This document shows positions 57,791 through 64,000 of a DNA stretch of 64,000 bases, in pieces (within the stretch, counting starts at the first letter, position 1; the number at the start of each line of letters is the position of its first letter). The notes beneath the pieces are model-generated. The model saw nothing but the letters and a program-made list of their open reading frames with translations, had not been told where the DNA came from and made no database searches. Location: the NCBI GenBank assembly GCA_965208665.1, contig CBDBPH010000001.1, positions 1,098,717-1,162,716 on the forward strand, in the 5' to 3' direction. Source of the stretch: Dehalococcoidia bacterium (GTDB taxonomy: Bacteria; Chloroflexota; Dehalococcoidia; Bin125). The position numbers were made by a program, and so were the translations under genes.

Positions 57791-59668
57791 ATGCCCACCA
57801 TCGACATCGATCCCCTCCTGCGCGGCGTCTCCAAGCCCGCCCGCTACGTCGGCGGCGAGTGGAACGCAATCGAGCACGACTGGAACGAGCGCGCCGTCCG
57901 CTGGGCCCTGATCTACCCGGACCTCTACGACATCGGCCAGTCCAACGGTGGCCTCGCCATCCTCTACGACGTCCTCAACCACACCGACGACACGCTTGCC
58001 GAGCGCTGCTACACCCCCTGGCCCGACATGGCCGACAGCCTGCGCAGCCGCGGCCAACCGCTCTTCTCTCTTGAAAACCGGCGCGGCCTACGCGACTTCG
58101 ATGCCCTCGGCTTCTCGCTCTCCTACGAGCTCACCTACACCAACATCCTCGAGATGCTCGACCTCTCCGGCATCCCGATTCGCAGCCTCGACCGCGATGA
58201 GAACGATCCACTCATCCTCGCCGGGGGCTCCGGCGCGCTCGTCCCCGAACCACTCGCTCCGTTCATCGACGCCTTCGTCCTCGGCGAGGCCGAAGACGTC
58301 ATCCTTGAAATCAACGACCTCCTCCACGAGGCCAAGTCTCAAGGCGCATCCCGTCTCGACCTGCTGCGAGCCCTCGCGCGAACTCCCGGCGTCTACGTGC
58401 CCCGCTTCTATGAATGGCGGTACGAAACCGACGGAACGCCCGCCGAGGTCTTCGCCACCGACGACGCGGCCTCCGTTCCCGTCGTCAAGCGCTTCCTCCA
58501 GGGACTCCCGCCGATTCTGACCAATCCGATCGTCCCGTACCTGCAAACCGTTCACGACCGCGCCGGGATCGAGATCCAGCGTGGCTGCACGCAGGGCTGC
58601 CGGTTCTGCCAGGCCGGCATGATCTACCGCCCGCTGCGCGAACGCACGCCCGAGGAAGTCGTCGCCGGAGCCAGGGAACTCTTCCGCAACACCGGCTTCG
58701 ACGATCTCTCGCTCGTCTCCCTCTCCTCCACTGACCACTCGCAGATCAAGGCCATCGTCCGAGCATTGCGCTCGGAGTTCGGCGACGACATCGGCATCTC
58801 CCTGCCCTCCACCCGCGTCGACAGCTTCAGCGTCGATGTCGCCCTGCTCTGCTCGCCGCGCAAGAAACACTCGATGACCTTCGCCCCCGAGGCCGGCTCC
58901 CAGCGACTGCGCAACGCTGTCAGCAAGGTCGTCGACGAGCAGGACTTGCTCGACGCCGCCCGCAACGCCTTCGAACAGGGCTGGACGTCGATCAAGCTCT
59001 ACTTCATGGTCGGTCTACCGACCGAGACCATGTCCGACGTCGAGGGCATCGTCGACTGGGCCTCGCAGGTACGCCAGATTGGCCGTCAAATCGTCGGCAA
59101 CCGCGTTCGCGTTCGGGTTTCCACCTCGAATCACGTGCCCAAGGCGCACGCACCCTTCCAGTGGGCCCGACAGGAAACGCCGGCCGAACTCGAACCCAAG
59201 CACCAACTGCTCAAGCAACGTACCCGCAAAGCCCGCCTCGACCTGAGCTGGAACGACCCGCAAGAATCGATCCTCGAAGGCGTCCTCTCCCGCGGTGACC
59301 GCCGCCTCGCCCCTGTGATCGAGACCGCCTGGCGCAACGGCGCCCGCTTCGACGCCTGGAGCGAGCATCTCCGCGAGGACCTCTGGTGGAACGCCATGGC
59401 CCAGGAAGGTCTCGATCCCGCTTTCTACTGCCATCGCGAGCGCGACCTTTGGGAGCGCTTCCCCTGGATGCACATCGCCTCCGGGGTTTCCGAGGCCTTC
59501 CTGCGCAAGGAATGGCAGCGCACCTGGAAGGAACTCACCACCGCCGACTGCCGCGACGGCTGCAACGTCTGCGGCATGGAACACGCCGCACAGCTTTGCG
59601 AACTCAAACTCGGCGACCTGATCGCCAAACGTCGTGCCCCATCTGAGGAACTCATCAGCGTCCTATAG
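57791..59668 (+). CDS. B12-binding domain-containing radical SAM protein (TIGR03960-like)
   Basis: N-terminal B12-binding-like domain, radical SAM CTQGCRFC (CxxxCxxC) and a C-terminal extension domain. Confidence 0.88.
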   Translation: MPTIDIDPLLRGVSKPARYVGGEWNAIEHDWNERAVRWALIYPDLYDIGQSNGGLAILYDVLNHTDDTLAERCYTPWPDMADSLRSRGQPLFSLENRRGLRDFDALGFSLSYELTYTNILEMLDLSGIPIRSLDRDENDPLILAGGSGALVPEPLAPFIDAFVLGEAEDVILEINDLLHEAKSQGASRLDLLRALARTPGVYVPRFYEWRYETDGTPAEVFATDDAASVPVVKRFLQGLPPILTNPIVPYLQTVHDRAGIEIQRGCTQGCRFCQAGMIYRPLRERTPEEVVAGARELFRNTGFDDLSLVSLSSTDHSQIKAIVRALRSEFGDDIGISLPSTRVDSFSVDVALLCSPRKKHSMTFAPEAGSQRLRNAVSKVVDEQDLLDAARNAFEQGWTSIKLYFMVGLPTETMSDVEGIVDWASQVRQIGRQIVGNRVRVRVSTSNHVPKAHAPFQWARQETPAELEPKHQLLKQRTRKARLDLSWNDPQESILEGVLSRGDRRLAPVIETAWRNGARFDAWSEHLREDLWWNAMAQEGLDPAFYCHRERDLWERFPWMHIASGVSEAFLRKEWQRTWKELTTADCRDGCNVCGMEHAAQLCELKLGDLIAKRRAPSEELISVL

Positions 59669-59689
59669 GGAGAAAGAGGCCGACAACGT

Positions 59690-60170
59690 CATGTCCCGAG
59701 AAGTTCTCGAACATCTCATTTGGAGCCTCGACCAATCATTCCAGGAAAAGAAAGAACACTCCCTGGTCCAGAATCTCTCCTCGGTCACCACCGATGACCT
59801 GGACGAGGTCGTGCCGGGCGGCGGCCGCACCATGCGCGACCTGATCATCCATTGCGCCGCGGTCAAGTTCATGCACGCCAACCACGCCTTCGGCGACGCC
59901 ACCGCCACGTTTTGGAACACCTGGGATAAGGAAGAGCCCGTCAGCGAAGCGTCCTTCGAGGATCTCCTTGACTGGCTTGAAGCGGCTCACGCCCAGGTCA
60001 TCAAGGCCGTGAATGACCTACGCGACGACGACGAACTCGTCGCCAAGCGCCCGACCTACTGGGGCGAAGAGTGGGAGACACGCCGCATCCTCGATGCAAT
60101 CGCCGTACACGACGTCTATCACGCCGGCGAAATCAACCACCTCCGGGCCCTTCTCCATCAGGTCGACTGA
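59690..60170 (+). CDS. DinB/YfiT-family four-helix-bundle metalloprotein
   Basis: Start placed at MSREVL (RBS GGGAGAAAGAGG 8 nt upstream). Conserved His pattern (IIHCAAVKFMHANH...HDVYHAGEINH) of the DinB_2 family. Confidence 0.78.
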
Positions 60171-60189
60171 TCCAACGATGCCGATCGGA

Positions 60190-61497
60190 CTAGAACCGAA
60201 GCAACTCCCGCAAGCGCTCGGCCTCGCCCGACGGTCCGACCACCGCCAAACGCAACTCATCCTCCTGCAGATACTCGTTCGCCAATCGCTCGATATCCTC
60301 GGTCGTCACTGCCTGGTAACGCTCGTTCACTTCGTCAACCGATTTGACTTCACCATGCAGCAGCGCCTGGCCCCCATTCCAGGCCGAGACCGCTCGTGAG
60401 TCCTCCATCCCCATCAGCATCCGGCCTGCGGCCAAGCGGCGAGCGCGCTGCAACTCTTCCTCCGGAACCCCGTCACGCATGCGCGACAACTCGCCCAGGG
60501 TCGCCCGCAACGCCTCTTCGACGTTCTCAGGATCGACCCCCATTGACACCTGCAACACTCCCGAGTCCCGCAACAACGCCAACGACGCGTGAACGTCGTA
60601 CACTAGTCCTAACTCCTCCCGCACCTTGAGGAACAGTCGTGAACTCATGCCGTCACCCAGCATGGCCGTCAGTAGTCCCAGGGCGTGACGATCGGGATGG
60701 CGCGACGTCAGCGCCGGCACGCCGATGCTGAGCTGCGCTTGCTCCGTGTCCTTGATTCGGACCGAGACGCGCTCTCCATCGCTGCTCAGGGGCGCATCCC
60801 GCGGTACGTCTGCCTCGGCCGGCGACCAATTCGCAGTCAAGTCGGAAATTCGAGCCAACACCGCGTCCGGATCGATCTCACCCGCCACCGACACCAGCGC
60901 GTTGCCCGGGGAGTACTGCGATTGCCAGTAGGAGACGGCCTCGTCATAGGGAATCGACTGCACCGACTCCGGAGTGCCCGCGATGTCGCGGCCCAGCGGC
61001 GTTCCTCGCCACATCACTTCCGACAACAACTCGGCCACCAGCTGATAGGGAGAATCCTCCACCTGGGCCAGTTCTTCGAGAATGACCGAGCGTTCCTTCT
61101 CCAGTTCGTCACGCTTGAACCTGGGCCGCGACACCATGTCGACGATGACATCGACGGCCGTCTCCCAGTCGGGTCCAGGCACCTTGGCGTAGTAGACCGT
61201 CAGTTCCCGATCGGTGCCGGCATTGATGTATCCGCCCACACCTTCAATCGCAGTTGAGATATCGGCCGCCGATGGATGCAGCTCAGAGCCCTTGAACACG
61301 CAGTGCTCGACCATATGAGAGACACCGGCGAGTTCATCGCGCTCATACTGAGCGCCCGCTCCGACATAGAGCGAAACCGAAGCCGAACGCGCCGACGCCA
61401 TCGGCGCGCACAGCACCCGGAGTCCGTTGTCCAGAACCGTAATCTGAGGCGTGCCGTCCCCGCTGTCTGCTGGGGCCACCACTACTCCGCGCCCCAC
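60190..61497 (-). CDS. M16-family zinc peptidase (pitrilysin-like)
   Basis: Inverted zinc motif HMVEHCVFKG (HxxEH) and a downstream E-containing region, with tandem M16 halves. Confidence 0.88.
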   Translation of the reverse strand: MGRGVVVAPADSGDGTPQITVLDNGLRVLCAPMASARSASVSLYVGAGAQYERDELAGVSHMVEHCVFKGSELHPSAADISTAIEGVGGYINAGTDRELTVYYAKVPGPDWETAVDVIVDMVSRPRFKRDELEKERSVILEELAQVEDSPYQLVAELLSEVMWRGTPLGRDIAGTPESVQSIPYDEAVSYWQSQYSPGNALVSVAGEIDPDAVLARISDLTANWSPAEADVPRDAPLSSDGERVSVRIKDTEQAQLSIGVPALTSRHPDRHALGLLTAMLGDGMSSRLFLKVREELGLVYDVHASLALLRDSGVLQVSMGVDPENVEEALRATLGELSRMRDGVPEEELQRARRLAAGRMLMGMEDSRAVSAWNGGQALLHGEVKSVDEVNERYQAVTTEDIERLANEYLQEDELRLAVVGPSGEAERLRELLRF

Positions 61498-62201
61498 GTC
61501 GTGTCGCCCGATCCGTCGTCGCGCACGATCGAGTGGCCCATTGCGCCTTGGACGAATTCGTCGATCGACGCGCCGATCGTCGTGTCATCGCCGTGACCGT
61601 TGAACGTCAGCGTGTCCTCAGGCAGCGGGTAGAGCTTGGTCACGATCGAGCGCACCTCCTGCGTCACCTGCGGCATTCCACGGGTGTTCCCGGGACCGCC
61701 CGGGAACAGCGTATCCCCGACCACACAGTACGGGTCGTCGGGATCGGAAATGTAGAACGAGATTGAACCGGTGGTATGTCCCGGCGTGTGCAACACCTCA
61801 AGCTCGTTGTCGCCCAACAGGATCGTTTCGCCGCCCTGGAGGTGGATATCTACATCGAGGTCCGTCTCTAGCCAGGGATGCTGCTCGTCGGCCACGGTGT
61901 CGGAGACGTGCATATAGTACGGAACGTTCGGACCGAGCCACTCCCGTAGCTCGTGGTACGACTTGATGTGATCGGGATGCGAATGTGTGAACAGCACCAT
62001 CTTGGGTGTTGCTCCCGACTCCTCAACGCCGGCCATGACCAGCTCATGCTGCGCCACGGCGTCGATGATCGCCGCGTCGCCCGTGCCTTTGTCAACCAGC
62101 ACAAACGCGTTGTTCTCGAACGGGCCCCACGACATCTGCATCACCACCACCCGCGAATACACTCGCAACAGACGCGATTCCGCGTGCAGTCCCAGACTCA
62201 T
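61482..62201 (-). CDS. MBL-fold metallo-hydrolase
   Basis: THSHPDH (HxHxDH) motif and downstream His/Asp ligands. Hydroxyacylglutathione-hydrolase-like size. Confidence 0.85.
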   Translation of the reverse strand: MSLGLHAESRLLRVYSRVVVMQMSWGPFENNAFVLVDKGTGDAAIIDAVAQHELVMAGVEESGATPKMVLFTHSHPDHIKSYHELREWLGPNVPYYMHVSDTVADEQHPWLETDLDVDIHLQGGETILLGDNELEVLHTPGHTTGSISFYISDPDDPYCVVGDTLFPGGPGNTRGMPQVTQEVRSIVTKLYPLPEDTLTFNGHGDDTTIGASIDEFVQGAMGHSIVRDDGSGDTTWGAE

Positions 62202-62260
62202 GATGCGCTCCCCTCAGTCAGCCGTTCCTCCAGCAGTCTAGCCAGCCGACAGGTTCATCC

Positions 62261-63601
62261 ATGACCAACGCCATGACCACCGAGGCGCCAATCGACGCCC
62301 TCGGAAACGTGCTCCCGCTGACCGCTCGAGCCAACCCCGCCGGCGTGCTGCAGATTGGCGGCTGCAGCGTGCGCGACCTCGCCGGCGCCTTCGGCACGCC
62401 GCTCTATATCTACGACGAGCACACCATTCGACAGACCTGTCGCGACTATCTGCGCGACTTCCAGGCGCACCTGCCCGGCAGCCGCGCGCACTATGCCGGC
62501 AAGGCCTGGCTCAGCCCGGCCTTGACCGAACTGCTGGTCGAGGAAGGCTTCGGCCTCGACGTCGTCTCCGCCGGTGAACTGCACGTTGCGATCGCTGGAG
62601 GCATGGATCCGGATCACATCGCATTCCACGGCAACGGCAAGACGCCTGAGGAGCTCGAGTACGCCCTCAGTTCAGGCGTCGGCCGGATCATCGTCGACAA
62701 CGACGACGAATTGAGCGTGCTGGACCAACTCACTCGTGAACGAGCATGCGAGCAGCGGATCATGCTGCGCATCACCCCTGGCGTCGACGCGCAGACCCAC
62801 GCCAAGACCACCACTGGTCTACGCGACAGCAAGTTCGGCTTCCCGCTGCCCTCTGGTCAGGCCGAAGCGGCCCTCGTCCGGGCGCTGGACGCACCCTTCC
62901 TCGATGTCGCCGGCTTCCACATCCACCTCGGCTCGCCGCTGTTCAACGTCCAGCCGTACGCGGACGGCATTGCCACGATCGGCGAGTTTGCGGCCGAGAT
63001 GAAGCAGCGTCACGGCTACGAATGGCGCGAGTTCTCGCCCGGCGGCGGTATGGCACTCACCTACACCGCGGACCGGGTGGCGCCCGCGACTGAGACGTAC
63101 GCCGTACAAATCGCCGAATCGATCCACACCGCCTGCGACACCCACGGGTTGCCGATGCCCGATGTCCACATCGAACCGGGTCGTTCTGTCGTCGGCCGCG
63201 CCGGCCTCGCCCTCTACTCCGTCGTCAGCCGCAAGCACATCCCCGACACACGCGACTACGTCACGGTCGACGGCGGCATGTCCGATAACATCCGTCCCGC
63301 CATGTACGAATCGAAGTACGAGGCAGCACCCGCCGAGCAAATGAACACCGTCCCCAGCCTGGTGGCGACCATTGCCGGCAAATTCTGCGAGTCCGGCGAT
63401 GTCCTCGTCCGCGACGCGCAACTGCCCGCACTGCAACTGGGCGAGCTGATCGCCATCCCCGCCAGCGGCGCCTACCAGATAGCGATGGAGAGCAACTACA
63501 ACCTCTCGCTCCGTCCGGCAATCGTGATGGTCAACGACGGCGACGCGCGCCTTGTCCGGCGACGCCAGACCCTCGACGATCTGCTACATCTTGAACTCTG
63601 A
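62261..63601 (+). CDS. lysA: Diaminopimelate decarboxylase
   Basis: Fold-III PLP decarboxylase. The lysine region and GGG...EPGR motifs are LysA-like. Confidence 0.93.
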   Translation: MTNAMTTEAPIDALGNVLPLTARANPAGVLQIGGCSVRDLAGAFGTPLYIYDEHTIRQTCRDYLRDFQAHLPGSRAHYAGKAWLSPALTELLVEEGFGLDVVSAGELHVAIAGGMDPDHIAFHGNGKTPEELEYALSSGVGRIIVDNDDELSVLDQLTRERACEQRIMLRITPGVDAQTHAKTTTGLRDSKFGFPLPSGQAEAALVRALDAPFLDVAGFHIHLGSPLFNVQPYADGIATIGEFAAEMKQRHGYEWREFSPGGGMALTYTADRVAPATETYAVQIAESIHTACDTHGLPMPDVHIEPGRSVVGRAGLALYSVVSRKHIPDTRDYVTVDGGMSDNIRPAMYESKYEAAPAEQMNTVPSLVATIAGKFCESGDVLVRDAQLPALQLGELIAIPASGAYQIAMESNYNLSLRPAIVMVNDGDARLVRRRQTLDDLLHLEL

Positions 63602-64000
63602 TGACCGCTTCCGCGCAGCCCGTTGGTGACTGGGGGCCGCACGCCGCTTCCCTGGCCTGCCGAACCCTGACCGCGATGCTCGAATCGGGCCGCCTGCCTC
63701 ACGCGCTGTTGATCGTCGGTCCGACCGGCGTGGGCAAGCGCGACCTCGCTATTCGCACCGCGCAAGCGCTGCTCTGCGACTCAGTTGATCCATCATCGCA
63801 CGGCCCCTGCCGCAACTGCCGCAACTGTCGCCGCCTGCACGACCCGTCCCAGCCAATGCTCGATCCGCAGCACACCGATGTCGAAGTGGTCACCCCCGGC
63901 GCTCTCTGCATCGAGACCGACCATGACCACCGCAACTCGCGTTCGATCGGAATCTGCATCGTCAGGCGGATCGAACGCGCCGCGAATCTCGCGCCGTTCG
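63601..64000 (+). CDS. holB: DNA polymerase III clamp-loader subunit (delta'/HolB-like), 5' part running off the window
   Basis: Not in the track because there is no stop within the window. ATG at 63601 overlaps the lysA stop (TGATG). Manual translation gives MTASAQPVGDWGPHAASLACRTLTAMLESGRLPHALLIVGPTGVGKRDLAIRTAQALLCDSVDPSSHGPCRNCRNCRRL... The Walker A plus Cys-cluster zinc module is typical of delta'/DnaX N-termini. Confidence 0.65.
   Translation, partial: MTASAQPVGDWGPHAASLACRTLTAMLESGRLPHALLIVGPTGVGKRDLAIRTAQALLCDSVDPSSHGPCRNCRNCRRLHDPSQPMLDPQHTDVEVVTPGALCIETDHDHRNSRSIGICIVRRIERAANLAPF

Overview
High-GC (~68%) bacterial chromosome segment, dominated by conserved housekeeping operons, so a core region rather than an accessory island. 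The gene order and protein features suggest a Chloroflexota/Thermomicrobia-like or deep-branching Terrabacteria lineage, but that is a guess. The window opens inside the ribosomal str/S10 region (rplD', rplC, rpsJ, tufA, fusA, rpsG, rpsL, all on the minus strand). A long, translationally coupled minus-strand gene array follows: rpsF-ssb-rpsR, then hom-(coiled-coil ORF)-thrC-folE, then a FemAB-like acyltransferase, an MshA-like GT4 glycosyltransferase, a PIG-L/LmbE deacetylase and ccsA. Further on are glyA, a comF-family phosphoribosyltransferase divergent from a fused moaD-moaE, and the replication cluster rplI-dnaB with a DnaD-domain gene and a tandem-duplicated DnaC/DnaI-type helicase loader downstream of dnaB. 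Next come dnaE, a tmk-thrB-lysC block, an R3H AAA+ (SpoIIIAA/Ycf45-like) gene, pdxST, and a CUT2-type ABC transporter with two paralogous binding proteins. A plus-strand block carries usp, two trkA-family genes, pheA and fpg; an HNH/cvpA/radC/LysM cluster follows. The second ribosomal/transcription cluster is rplL-rplJ-rplA-rplK-nusG-secE-rpmG-tufB, preceded by tRNA-Thr/Tyr/Thr. The window ends with cysS, cysE, ispDF, a yacL-like PIN/TRAM gene, a B12-radical-SAM gene, dinB-family, M16 peptidase, MBL hydrolase, lysA and the start of a holB-like gene. Three observations stand out. (1) A Firmicute-style DnaD + DnaI-like helicase-loading module sits next to dnaB, with the loader internally duplicated and its first P-loop degenerate. 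(2) The GT4 / PIG-L deacetylase / FemAB-type acyltransferase cassette resembles mycothiol, bacillithiol or GPI early steps, but with a possibly tRNA-dependent acyltransferase. (3) A family of GC-rich palindromic intergenic repeats occurs at three loci. Many long antisense ORFs in the track are high-GC artefacts and were rejected. No CRISPR array, rRNA, transposase or integrase was seen.
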